A stretch of DNA of 62,631 bases, filler included, from Dicyema japonicum (lineage: Eukaryota; Animalia; Dicyemida): NCBI GenBank assembly GCA_011109175.1. It is 7 parts of 7 records of this genome, joined end to end, with 100 filler letters (N's around TTAATTAATTAA, not from the genome) between each part and the next. Parts side by side here need not be neighbours in the genome. Positions count along the whole stretch, not along the records: positions 20,627 to 27,537 come from RDEW01000102.1; positions 27,638 to 49,139 come from RDEW01000136.1; 5 more parts are not named here. One strand, written 5' to 3'. Shown here piece after piece: positions 25,151 through 37,312 of the stretch. Made by a program: the position numbers and the translations under genes. Position 1 is the stretch's first letter; each line of letters opens with the position of its first letter. Below the pieces are notes generated by a model, which was not told the origin of the DNA, ran no database searches, and was given only the letters and a program-made list of their open reading frames with translations.

Positions 25151-25392
25151 TGCCTCCCCCTTGATTGCACAAGTTGTCAATTTACGAACTTTTCGCTTAA
25201 AGAAAATTCACATTAATTATGCAACCTTATAATCCTGTTAGTTTAGTGACGAAAAGACCTTTAAAGTACTTAATTTTATTTAAAAGCGCATAAAAATCAT
25301 GTATAAATTATAGTGAAAGTAGCAGAATATGAAAGTTTGTATGAACTTTCAGAAAGTGTTCATTATAAATATAATTCACGCAGAATGTGTAA

Positions 25393-25648
25393 ATGTTGGA
25401 ATTATTTTTTATATTCGTTTTCCTAACTGAAAATTCAATCAGTATTATTTAGGTTATAATTGTTAGCCGCTGGTCCACGTAGATTAAAAAATGAGCAGGA
25501 ACCAAACTATGAAGCTTTTTTAAAACAAGATTTTATGGACGCACAATCAGAAAATCCTGACTCTGCGTTTTTAATTGGTCAATAACAATCTTATCTAATA
25601 GTTAATAATATCGTAAATTTATTTTGTATAACCAAAATTAGTAAGTAA
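25393..25648 (+). CDS. Small putative secreted protein, paralog 2 (~68 aa, 2 micro-introns)
   Basis: Exons 25393-25441, 25467-25577 and 25602-25648: MLELFFIFVFLTENSITAGPRRLKNEQEPNYEAFLKQDFMDAQSENPDSAFLIVNNIVNLFCITKISK. Exons 1 and 2 (49 and 111 nt) have the same lengths as in paralog 1, with no indels or stops. Confidence 0.6.
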
Positions 25649-25734
25649 TTAGATGGTACTTTATCAATATTTTTAATTTACTTTTTTACATTAAAAAAGT
25701 GAACAAAAAGAGATATGGCAACGGTCACTTTTTT

Positions 25735-25900
25735 TGTGGCGTTTGCCTTCTGGCTGAACGTAGCGTATATTGCGTGGGTTCGAATCCGAAAGATGGGGTT
25801 TTCACGAAGGTCAATTTTTGTCAAACAGATCCCACTCGAGTGGCGCCGAGTCCTTCTGCCACTACACAGTAGTTAAAAGGGATCTTCCTACCTTTCTTCC
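25735..25900 (+). mobile_element. tRNA-headed SINE-like element with family-B-like core
   Basis: Perfect B box GGTTCGAATCC (25777-25787); downstream GTGGCGCCGAGTCC..AAAAGGGATC resembles the family-B core GTGACGCCCAGTGCC..AAAAAGGATC. Confidence 0.5.
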
Positions 25901-26199
25901 TGACCAAATCCTTTGATGAAGATTGCATTATGAAAACTATTCCGCTAATGAATGAAATGATGTCGCGACGGTAAGACAAGGGACAAAAATGGAAGAGGGC
26001 GGACCTACTTCTCCACTATTGTTCGGAAGCGGAAGCCTGTAGTGAAGTATAGGAAGATGGATTTGGTCGGCACAAGCAGATGTTCTCACGTTGGTTCCTT
26101 CATTGGATTAGTTAGTTATTACTGTTTGTGCTGGACTTATCATTGTAAGCTTGGGGTTAATAATAAATCCGCTTGCATATCATACAAACCACCATAAAA

Positions 26200-27060
26200 A
26201 AACCGTGAAACTCCTCTATTGAACCCAATTTTGCAACTTCTGATGCCGATAGACCGCAAGGCTGACCTCTAAATTATCAGCCTCATCTCGAACGACATTG
26301 AGCTTAACTTTAGCTAATTGATCTCACAAAGGTGGTCTGATCTTAATTATACATTTTCTCCTTCATTTAATTCTCTATTGAACCCAATTTTGTAACTTCT
26401 GATGCCGATAGACCGCAAGGCTGACCTCTAAATTATCAGTCTCATCTCGAACGACATTGAGCTTAACGTTGGCCAATTGATCTCACAAAGGTGGTCTGAT
26501 CTTAATCATACATTTGTTCCGTCATTTGATTAACACAATTTGTTTTAATCTAACAAAAGCTTTAAATTTCCTCCTGGAGCTCATAGCAATCTCCATCCAC
26601 GACTTATTTAACAATGTTCAAGCTCCCACAGTAAAGGCGTTGATCGAATATATAAAACATCTTGGACTTTTCAATGCACTTTCCGAGAATCCATATCAGC
26701 TATCGCTCCCTCAGGCAGAACACACACTTCATTTTAAGCAAAGAACAGTTATAATAGCTAATCGATGAGGGAGAATCAAGGAATGCTCTTCACTTCTTTG
26801 TTTTCTTTTTATTGGGTGTATGTCCTATATAGACGATCCGGTTCCGCGGTGAAATGTTCACTGATGAAGGCGTCACTCGTCAAGCCAAAGCATAAAGAAC
26901 CTAGCAAAAGTATTCGGACGCATATCTCTTTTGATAATTTCAACAAGATCAAATCAGCAACAATCTCTTCAGTTTGGAAGTCCTGGCTCACAAATTTTCT
27001 TTCCAAAAACTGATTCAATCTTGTTTATATTCTTATATTCCTTGTTTTCGCTGCCTCACA
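26200..27060 (+). mobile_element. Decayed LINE RT remnant (copy in duplication unit 2), interrupted by a family-A SINE
   Basis: Colinear with 24480-25150 on both sides of the insert at 26700-26885; also an internal adjacent duplication (26215-26345/26370-26510). Confidence 0.5.
26700..26885 (-). mobile_element. SINE family A, 5'-truncated
   Basis: Reverse complement of the family-A body (GCAGAACACACACTT..CAAGGAATGCTCTTCACTTC..GGCGTCACTCGTCAAG); absent from the paralogous LINE copy. Confidence 0.75.
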
Positions 27061-27139
27061 AATGATACAAGTATGAAGTCTCTTTACTTGTCCAAGAAAA
27101 CCAGGACTCGATATGGAGGATCTTTGGGAGTAACTAATC

Positions 27140-27212
27140 TGTCACATGGGCCAAGCGTTACCTATGGGCAGCCTGTTACATTAACCTTGAACCAAGATTA
27201 ACTTCAATTAAT
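27140..27212 (+). repeat. ~70-bp dispersed repeat starting TGTCACATGG, near-identical to 60876-60948; candidate Ginger-type terminus
   Basis: TGTCACATGG(G)CCAAGCGTTACCTATGGGCAGCCTGTTACATTAACCTTGAACCAAGATTAACTTCAATTAATT at both sites. Confidence 0.8.
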
Positions 27213-27389
27213 TTTAGGTCGCAACAGGAGATAATCGGTAGCGATCCCCGAGGCAAGAATATTTCTTGATTTTTAGGTTTTCCGCGGTCGAAGCAGCTGC
27301 TCCAGGTGTCTGAACAGATTTAAATTTAATTTAAAATGTTGTCTGAAGTGCTCCAGGTGTCTGAACAGATTTTAAAATGTTAGATTTAA

Positions 27390-27537
27390 AATGGCTGAAT
27401 TCTTGCAAGAACTCGGAGGATTGCTTGCCAGAAAGAAAAGGGATCAACGAGAAGGGCTATGGCTAAGACAAAAGATTGGAATAGCCATACTCCGAGGGAA
27501 CTCGTTCGCAATCCACGCAGCAGGCTTCCTCAACTGA
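27390..27537 (+). mobile_element. CRE-clade retrotransposon 3' end
   Basis: EFLQELGGLLARKKRDQREGLWLRQKIGIAILRGNSFAIHAAGFLN* is the typical RLE C-terminus of CRE elements. Confidence 0.7.
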
Positions 27538-28004
27538 NNNNNNNNNNNNNNNNNNNNNNNNNNNNNNNNNNNNNNNNNNNNTTAATTAATTAANNNNNNN
27601 NNNNNNNNNNNNNNNNNNNNNNNNNNNNNNNNNNNNNAAGAGAACGCCCCCATATAAAGATTCCCTGCTGAGAAGTTAATGTACCAACCTGCCACACGGA
27701 AACTGTATTTGACTTTATTAACTGATAACTTAAAGCGTAGCCTTGAAGATATAACACCGACATTTCTGTGGACAGAAACTAAGAATATTATTAAAAACAC
27801 TACAAGGAATGTTATTGTAACCCTCTGACCAAGCAGACATCATCATAAAATCAATAAACTATCTACTCAACTAAACAAGTGCACCTAAAAGCAGAAAACA
27901 CAATCAACTCTAGCAAGTCAAAAAGCTAAAATCGGAAATCGGTTACTCTAATAATAATAATTAAGCACTACCGCGTTGCCATAAGCACGTAAGATGCCCA
28001 GAAT

Positions 28005-28292
28005 TTCGCTCGTGCAGAACACACACTTTATTTAAATAAATAACAGTTATTATAACTAATCGTAGAGGGAGAACCAAGGAATGCTCTTCACTTCTTTGTT
28101 TTTTTCTTTTTCTTGTGTGTATGTCTTTTTGACTATCCAGTTCCGCAGTAAATCTCCACTGATGACGGCGTCACTCGTCAAGGCCTTTCCGCATCGTAGA
28201 TGCGTGTAACCTTCCACCAGGTGTACAGTAGCGAGAATCGAACCCGTGACCTAAGCCACTTTAGTCCGACACCTAACCACTATGCCTCCCGG
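28005..28292 (-). mobile_element. SINE family A, full-length, with best-preserved tRNA head
   Basis: On the minus strand CCGGGAGGCATAGTGGTTAGG..GGTCACGGGTTCGATTCTCGC (A and B boxes) is followed by the family-A body and the AATAAAGTGTGTGTTCTGC end. Confidence 0.8.
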
Positions 28293-28559
28293 AATCGGTT
28301 ACTCTAAGAAATTTAAAAACTACAAAAATCAGCTAAAAGTGGAGAAATCGACGGACTGGTGAACGAAATATAAAAATAAAAGAACAGGTCAAGGAAGTTC
28401 AAGGTAGTACGTCTACTAATCTTAAACAACCCTTCCAGAGTCACTACGGTTATCGACCAAAAAAATAGTAGTGAATAAAGTAGGTATTGTGTCTTACATT
28501 TCAGAAAACTGTTCATCGTTCAGGAAGTTGAGAATCAGTTTATGATCAAAGGCCATTCT

Positions 28560-29130
28560 TCTAAAACCAAGTAACAGCAGAGGAAACCTCATAGCCAAAC
28601 AAATATTTGTCAAATCAGCATGCCCTGAAGAGATACACGCATAATTATTAAAATATGGACCAACTGAGGTATATTCATCACTGAAATAGTTAGACTGAAC
28701 AAACCATCTTTTCTAGAAGCAACCGTAATCCTGGTACAGAAATCAGACAAAGATTCTCTAAACAACTCCACACAATTATTCTAAACTACGCGAAATTTTA
28801 TTTTTCAATATTCTGAACAAAATTGAGAGAATTTCTCAAAACCAGAGTGGATTTCGAACTGGAAGATCTACACAGATGCAGTATGGGCACATAGGTGTTC
28901 ACTGCCATGTCCCAGATGTATAAAACTAATATTCATGTACTAGAAATTGATTTTTCCCCTGTTTTGACACAGTAAACAGAAATAATTTGTTAATAGTTGT
29001 CGAAAGCTTCTACTAAATGATATCTGGCTATCATAATCTCCATATTTTACAATAACACTTCAACTCCCGCCAATTATGCGATGGAGAATTACTTTTAATC
29101 AGCAATTACTAGAAAATATCAAGAAAGCCC
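28560..29130 (+). mobile_element. LINE RT remnant
   Basis: QSGFRTGRSTQMQ and LEIDFS..FDTVNRNNL motifs; frameshifted. Confidence 0.6.
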
Positions 29131-29525
29131 AAGAACAACCCTAGCAACGATTACCTATCTAAAACAAAAATGTAAGTGCTCACCACTGAAGATCTCGAGA
29201 CATTTCGTAGGAAGGTGCAGAACTTGAAGGGACAGAACAAGATAAATATAATGATTATTATTTCTCGAATGCATTTAATAATAAACTTAGGAAAAGCAGT
29301 AATACTTCCCATTGACAATATTACATTTGTTAATGTAACACCCTTAAATTCATGGTCACATTTGGTGTCTTGGAGATAAAAGACTTCCTTTCTGCATTCA
29401 CATAAACGAGAATGAAAAAAGTTAAAAATTGAGACATAAATTTTAGTCAATTTATATATTTTTTACTTTAAAATATATTATTTAAGAATATTTTCAGAAG
29501 TTTCTTTTTTGATTTCATTAAAATG

Positions 29526-30237
29526 CAGGGCTGTGGAGTAGGTAAAATATATAACGACTCCTCGACTCTGTTCTGACTCCTGTTAATAATTAAAATGATT
29601 CAGACGTTGTAAAAAAAACATTTAGAAAAGAAAATTTAACTATTATTTTTTAGAAATAATATAGCTTCGATCAGATCTTTCTTCATAGAAGCTCGAAGGT
29701 CTGATTTGATAATTTTTAGCCCAGAAAACAGCCTTTCTACGATGACTTGTGTAGGAAGTAGATCAAGAGATCCCTTTTCAAAACAACGAGTTCAATGAGA
29801 TGCATTTAAAATTTTTCAGCATCCATGAATATACTAATTTTATCAGATTGAAAAAACTTATTTAACACTGACTGACTTAGAGATGTAGTATTTTCTAAGG
29901 GGCACATCAAAGGAAAACAAATACCATTGAATGTTTTTATCAACAATATTTAGAATATTTGGATGGAATCTAAATAAATACCTCTTGAGATTGAAATATA
30001 TAATTACGATGTAAAGACATATCAATTTGGGATACAAATAATATGGAAGAAAAATTAATTTAAAATTATTATATCTATTATTAAATTAATTTAAATTAGC
30101 CAAAATTTGACGTGTCATTATCGACAATTAATATTAGAATTTTGTCTTATACTAATAAACAAAATCAACCTTTTTATCACTGACTCCTACTCCAATTCCT
30201 CAAATATAATTTCTTCGACTCCGACTCCACAGCCCTG
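29526..30237. mobile_element. hAT-type MITE, 712 bp
   Basis: TIRs CAGGGCTGTGGAGT(A)GG and CCGACTCCACAGCCCTG; subterminal CGACTC repeats; imperfect TSD TTAAAATG / TTAAATGC. Confidence 0.75.
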
Positions 30238-30689
30238 TTAAATGCATTGTAATGACTTCTTTGCAAACGAGATGGGCAGATGCTTTATATGATAAATCAC
30301 AAATATCGAGGTTTTCCATCAGTTTTTGATTCCCAAAGTGAGGTCGAATTGTATTATGATTCTACAATGTATTCTAACGACAAATCGACTAAAATGAAGC
30401 AAATTATTTATTGTCCCAATAAAACGACTGAACTGTCCGTCTTAAATTACCAACAATGCTAAAACAATCAAAGAGAATGTATTCTTAAAACATGATAACC
30501 ATAATACAGCTATATTTTCTGACAGCTAATTGCTCATTTATGCCTCAGGATTCATTTGTTTAAAGGGAAAGTCCCCAACTAAGGGATATCAGATCTAATG
30601 ACTGTAGAAAATAAAAATAATATTTTTGTTTATAGTTAAAATAAATTACGATTATTAAAATATAATATTATAAATATATTTAAATTTCC

Positions 30690-31060
30690 TGTTCAACGTG
30701 GGGATGCGTGTATTTGTATTGTCAACACCTTCCAAATACCTTCTGGACTACTTTATTCAACACTCACCCACAAGACTACCCAGAATATTTGCCGGTTCCA
30801 TATCTGAGAGTTTCCCTGACTTTCCGCAAGTTCACCCTATATCACTTGAAATCAGCAAATCCTTCCATACAGTCAATGACAACGCATCACACGTGGATGT
30901 CCTCATCAATGAAATCCCATTCCAAACTTTCACAACTTTGAGACAATCCAACCCCACGCGCATTCCTATAATCTGAAAATCAACTGTGGAAATTTTTTAA
31001 TGAGAATAAAAACATTCCTTCCATTATTGAGGAAATCATCGAACCCACACATTATTAATA
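30690..31060 (+). mobile_element. LINE AP-endonuclease remnant
   Basis: RGDACICI.. and NDNASHVDVLINEIP resemble the GG....I and S.IDL motifs of APE domains; decayed. Confidence 0.35.
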
Positions 31061-31559
31061 TTTGTGCCCCACTCAACTTAAACAAGGATTATTTTAACAA
31101 CCACTTTAGTAAATATTTAAATTTTATATTTTTTTATTTTATCCATTTTAATTAAAATACAATTTTGCTCCCATTTTAATAAATTAGTTATTTTCGATAT
31201 ATTTTGCAGCATTTTCAACTCGCTTTACTTTGTCTTTACAACATGTAATATTGTGTAATTTAACTTGGATTGCTATATTATGTAATTTTATTTAATTTTT
31301 ATGTTAACGATGTCTAATCGTTCTCACTTTGAATTCTAAATTTACATATAAAATTTTGTTTACTTTGATCTATGCTTTACGTAATCTATTTTTCTATAAT
31401 GCTTTGTAGATATGGCCTTCACTCATAATTTCATCTCCATGGCAACGATTGGATTGTCGAAAGAACTAATGAGATACAAGATTGCTGTAAACTCACTGTG
31501 GACAAAGGAGAGTAATTATTATAATTTACATTTGCCTGTCTGAACATGAAGAGTATGGA

Positions 31560-32200
31560 CTCTAATATTATGAACACACTCAGTCATTTGGTCAACTCAA
31601 TTCATCATATTTCGAGACTCAACTCTTTTGGCTTTACTGGAAACCAGGTTTTTGCTGAAGACCTCCTAAATGTTGCTAACAAGACAAGTTTGCTTAATTT
31701 TAAACTTTTGGCCAATTTCCATCGTTTCTGGTTGGGGATTACGCCCAGTCCCCTTACTTTAAGGCCAGACCCTCAAAGGATCAACAACCTCAGTCAATTT
31801 CTCTAGCAGACTGTGTGAATATTCTGCAGCATGCCTGTGAGAAGTTTATTAAGAAAAACAAAATGAAGCCATTCAATTTATTATTAAAGGTAGGATATCC
31901 TAAAAGTTGTGTTTGTGGTAATTCTGAGAGTATTTGTTTTGGCTGTTCAAGTGTGAGAGGGGGGTTTGTAACCTTTCCGTTATTGACAATAAAACTTACT
32001 TTGATTCGTTTATTTTGGTTAAGGTAAGTGAAGGACTGCTTGTGAATTTGTTGTTGAATAATATGGAGATTAAATATCTCGAATTTAATCAAACTTTTCC
32101 TGGAAGGGATCCTTTTCTGATTGGAAGTCTGTCCAGAGTTGTTTGAGGTTGGCGCAAGAGGAGGTACAACAAAAGCTGGGAGAGGTTGCTATTAGTTAAT
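31560..32200 (-). mobile_element. LINE post-RT remnant (I/Jockey-like)
   Basis: PPLTLE..LLG(Y)PTFNNKLN followed by GLGVIPNQKRWKL.KSL.LSKL..WFP. Confidence 0.5.
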
Positions 32201-32589
32201 TATAATATTACAATAAAGTTCTGTTCTATTACTATTCTGGGTTACTAAGGGAGACTAGTTGTCGTCAAAATAAGCCTATACAGAAAATCTCACTCGATTT
32301 CTAGTAGATTAGGCAACCATCCCTATAATATCTTCATCTTTAACACTGTGAACTCACAAGATTAGATCAGTCGTTCTTTAGCTACACTCCAAAAATATGA
32401 CAAGTTAAAATTATTTTTTGATTAAAACTAACTCTCCATAACCTTGTATGGTCATCGTCTGCGTTATCCTCAATGGCGCCTAAAGCAGGATTTGTGATTA
32501 TGTTTTCGAAGAATTACAAAAATACTACAATGCATTTTAATGAAGTCAAACAAGAAACTCCTGAAAATATTCTTAAACTATAAGCAGAT

Positions 32590-32770
32590 ATTGTTTATTC
32601 TCTACAAGGCAATAATCAGTCACAATGTTAAGAATTGACGATATGTCGGAAGATCTCAAACAATTCTTAATTATTTCCTTCAGAAAAACAAAATTTCAAG
32701 TTATCAAACTAGGATTCTCAGAATTGTGGGAAAATATTTTTTCAATATTGTTGTTTTCCGACATTGTATT
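32590..32770 (+). mobile_element. hAT/Buster transposase remnant
   Basis: RIDDMSEDLKQFL is the Buster LSNNTVxRRIDDMxED motif. Confidence 0.45.
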
Positions 32771-33614
32771 GAGAAATGATTTAGTCTATATAATGAGTAA
32801 GAAGTGTAATAATTTAAGTATTTGGAAAAGAGGAGACGACGGAGTAGTTCTTACAAAAGAATCTGAAATATAGAGCATCTTGTAAACCTTCACTGAATTC
32901 AAGTCACAAAACAGATTTTTAATAAAAATTAATTATAGCGATTGAGAATTACTGGTTTATATGAGGGGTGGCAGGACTGCGAAAGGGAGAACCCAGAATG
33001 ACACGAAGGTTCTTCCAGAAGATTGCCTCGCCATCATGAGGATAACTCCATTGCCTGTTCAATGCCTGGATGTCATAATGGGTCCTTAGTATGATGAAGT
33101 AAAAGACAGACAAATAGGTAATGTTGTTGAGGAAAAAACGATTAAAGTATTACCTCAATTTATCTGTCATATAAACAATTTTAGTAATTTTTCTCAAATT
33201 AAAAGTAATTCATTTGCTCCACCAAGCTAAAAAGAATAAGGGAGATATTATTAGATATTCCCAATGTAAGTTACGCTCTATCGTATTACACTTATCAAAA
33301 CCCGGATTCATAAAAAAAGTTAACAACTAATAAAGTGTATACAGTTCTATTGGATGTAGGGAGACAAGTCCTCTCATGCACACAAATATACTCGGAACCA
33401 CATAAAACAGTTAATGCAGTTGGAAGCCTCCCAAGAAATGACCAAATGGTGATAAAAAAGCTTAATTGTACATAAGGAGGTAATCCTGGAAGCTTAATTG
33501 TACAATCCTGGAACTATGTTCAAATTGAGACATTTTATAACATGCGGAATAATGTAAATTGAAGAAACCCTTAATAAATTATCCAGTGGGTACACTCAAT
33601 CACAAAGTCCTCCC

Positions 33615-33808
33615 AATGACAGAAAAGTCCACCCAGAACCAACATAAAAGGAGGATGTCCATTCCTGTGAGAACTCCTCCAGTTGAGAGGGAGAGAAAAA
33701 TAATCCTTTTAAATGCCAACCTGGCTCTGGGCGCCACCTGAGACAGGTAAATCACATGACGCCACTCTATTAGAAGAGGGAAGAGGAGGAACGGAAGAAT
33801 AAAAGAAA
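33615..33808. repeat. ~190-bp direct repeat, left copy (partner 35496-35688)
   Basis: AATGACWGAAAAGTCCACCCAGAACC..GGCGCCACCTGAGACAGG..AACGGAAGAATAAAAGAAATC is near-identical at both sites; it is the reverse complement of a family-B-related body. Confidence 0.9.
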
Positions 33809-33809
33809 T

Positions 33810-35420
33810 CGATTCTTGATTCTATATCGCCAAATACACCCGAGACGCTGATATGGAGGAAAATTAAATATTTGAGACGTTGCAATGAAGGCTCTGAGAA
33901 AGTCCTCCACGGACAGGGATGTAGCAACATCGACCCAAATATTTTAATGAAGCACTATGTCGCAATCAGCCATAAAAATTTCTCGAGGGAACACAGAGTC
34001 TACAAAAAGTTGTATCCATCATATGATTTGATTGTCTTTACTACACAAGAAGTTCGAAACGCAATCATGGATGCCAAAAACTCCCGTTCCCGAGGTGCTG
34101 AAAATGTCTCGATGATGGAACTGAAACACCTTGGTGAAAAAGCACCAAATTCCTATCATACGTTTATACTATATCTGTGAACAATAATATGATACCTTCT
34201 ATATGGAAGAAATCCATAATTCTGCCAATTCGGAAGCCAAACAAACCTGCAAACAATCCCTCTTCTTATCGTCCAATTGCATTACTATGTGCAATGTCCC
34301 GAATTTTAGAAAAATTAATCTTAACACGAATCAAAAATATTGTACCAAATCGAGTATTCCAGCATGGATTCCGCGAAAATCATTTTACTACGACTCACTT
34401 AACAAAATTAACTCAATATATATCTGATGGATTCTCTTATCCAAAACCACATAAAAAGACCATAATGGCTTCAATAGAATTGAAGAAAGCATTCGACTCC
34501 GTTTCCCGGACGCTGCTTATAGAGAAAATTTCTAACACTCTTATAAATCCAAACATTAAAAGATGGCTGTCGAACTTTTTAAGTGGAAGAAGAGGACAAG
34601 TGATGTCAGATAACAGAAAATCTAAATCCCGTTTATTACCGAATGGTGTCCCTCATGGTTCACCTCTCTCTCCCCTGCTCTTCAACCTGTACACCAATGA
34701 CCTTCCCACCAATGACGATCCCGATACATTAATACTCTCATACGCAGATGACATTGTTCTTTCGACGAGAGACTCTAACTATGAGAAGGCAGGGATAAAA
34801 CTTCAAAGTTATATTAGTATGCTGGAACATTGGCTCACATCAAATCGACTGGAAGTTTCTACAGGAAAGTCGTTTATAACAATTTTCTCTACATATAGAA
34901 GATCATTATACTCTCCCAAAATGAAATTCCTATGAATAAGTCTCCAACAATACTAGGATTAAAGTTAAATACTCTCCTGACATTCGGCCAACATGTCAAT
35001 GACGTTATTACCAAAGTCAGGAGGAGGACCAACATATTGAAAATTTTGTCCCAATCACCAATCGGGCACAACACCTTCTTACTACAGAAAATTTACAGAC
35101 AATACATACTGCCAGTAATCGAATATGCTTGTCCCTCCTGGAGCTCGATGATTTCTGAATCGTCGTCTCAAAAATTAAAAGCCGCACAACTTGCTGCCTT
35201 GAAAATAATAAATAAGAAAACTGTGGATAACGTATTGAATGTTAAAGAACATTTAAGGTGAAAAGTGAAGTCATTTCTACAGTGGGCAACAAAAACCGGC
35301 TGTCCGCTTTCACTCTCTATATCTGACTATCTAGAAAATGCGGGAAATCTATGGAGAATGAGACCATCCCCGTTTCTACCAATTCTGTTGGATCTTCGAG
35401 GAACCCGAACGAGAGCCAGA
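33810..35420 (+). mobile_element. I/Jockey-group LINE reverse transcriptase, 5'-truncated, few frameshifts
   Basis: SYRPIALLC, QHGFR, KAFDSV, GVPHGSPLSPLLFNLY, YADD and ILGLKLNTLLTF motifs in ORFs 33872-34180, 34177-34935 and 34932-35261. Confidence 0.9.
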
Positions 35421-35495
35421 ACCCGGAAAACCGGGATCATTTAGTCAGTAGTTATCTTTTGACTTTTTCTAATCCGGTGATCTTGGGGTAAAAAA

Positions 35496-35688
35496 ATGAC
35501 TGAAAAGTCCACCCAGAACCAACATAAAAGAAGGATGTCCATTCCTGTGAGAACTCCTCCAGTTGAGAAAAAGAGAAAAATAATCCTTTTAAATGCCAAC
35601 CTGGCTCTGGGCGCCACCTGAGACAGGTAAATCACATGACGCCACTCTATTAGAAGGGAGGGAAGGAACGGAAGAATAAAAGAAATCT
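35496..35688. repeat. ~190-bp direct repeat, right copy
   Basis: See 33615-33808; both copies end at the same base (..AAAGAAATC). Confidence 0.9.
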
Positions 35689-37312
35689 TTAATCAAGTAC
35701 CCACATAGGTACCACACGGTTGATAACTTTCATAATAAAAAACATTAAAAATAAAAATAATAATAAAATATCATTTATATTTGGATATAATTAATTTTCT
35801 CTTACTGTCAGACCCAACAAGTGAGACATTGGCCTTCCCTTTCAGTTCTGTTTGTACAATATTCACTACTCTGACGATATTAGGGATAATCTCATCTTTA
35901 CTACGAAACTATTGTTATTATTTACATTACTTTGACTTTCTTTGGGAGTATAAGCATCTCTGATGACTTTCCTTTGAGCACTGTCCTTAGCATAGATCTA
36001 CACATAATTAATACATCCTTCTCGGCAGCAAAACAAGATATACTACATGTTTTGTATGCAGAATCACTACAAAGTGTTCTAATAAAGGAGGGGATATTAT
36101 ATTTTATGACTATTAATAAAATAAATTATACCACCAGACATTAAATTTAGCATTTAAATTTAAATTTCGAAAAAAAATAAAAATTATAAAATTAATTAGT
36201 TTGTTACCCACCGCTTTACGGATATGTAGTAGGCCGGCTGCCATCAAACGTCCAGTTGAGAGAGTTTTGGAATTCCACAGGTTTCTTAGAATTGTTAATT
36301 GCCTTGATTAGCGAAAGATTTTATTGATAACGTCACCAAGTTGGTTAGGTGAGGGAAAGCAAAAAACTCTGAATTATCTTGTACGGAATTGGTATGAGAT
36401 TTGCACGGGAATTAACGCAAGCCTACATTTCGTGTTTTTGAAGTTACGCAAGCCCATATTTCGTGTTTTTTTAAGTTTTTTGTCAGACATAGCAAGACCA
36501 GCAGAGAGTACAGTAGTTTAGAGTTGTTCAGTAATTGTTTGTTAAGTTTTAGGCTGTTTTTTGAGTCCAATTTGACTCGAGAAACGACACGGGAAGCGGT
36601 AAATTTTCATCTGGCCTTCAGGATAACATGGCTTAGTGGGACGAAATGGAAGAAGATTAGACCAACTATTTTTGGAGTTTTAGTTGCAGGAGAACTTTTT
36701 CAAAAATCTTCATTTAGATTGAACATTGAACCGTCCACAATCAAAAGTACCTCTTCCCACAGAACCTCAATTTCTCTCGAGAAATCCTTTATTATCGAGC
36801 TGGCTCTAACAAAATTTTTAAAATTCACATTTTTTATAAACAATTTTAAATAAAATTACAAGAATATAGTTGATGACAAATAAAGAAAACAATCACACAT
36901 ATTATTGCATATATTACCTTCTGGTAGTGAAGGTGAAGATAGTACCCGGTCAGGGAGGATTATCACAATATTAAAGTGAAGACATTCTTGTCGTACTGAT
37001 ATGAATTGTCACGGAATTCTTCATGAGACAAAAGAGAGGTTCCTACCTTAGGTAAGTGAAAATTCTAATTCTACGGATAGTTAATTCAAATACATTTGCG
37101 ACTATCATAAAGTTAATCTTACAACAGTAAAAAAGAAACATAAAATTTTAATGAAAATAAATAATTTATAAATTAAATTGTTTTTCAAAAATATTTTTTA
37201 GAAAATATGAGTAAATATAAGTCAATATAGTTTGAAAAATTAATTATTTATAATTATTTTGTTAATTAAATTATTTAATAAATCTTAAAAATTAAATAAT
37301 TTGGTTTCTTGT

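Noticed and set aside
23851-25648. Cystatin identity for the small secreted pair
   Set aside because: Signal peptide plus GP start and spacing are suggestive, but I found no QxVxG motif in any splice solution.
28224-28292. Functional tRNA gene
   Set aside because: Has A and B boxes but no convincing acceptor or anticodon stems, and continues directly into a dispersed repeat body; treated as a SINE head.
36200-36860. Gene upstream of MBD2/3 (ORFs 36324-36521 and 36524-36853)
   Set aside because: No recognisable motif or consistent splice path on either strand.
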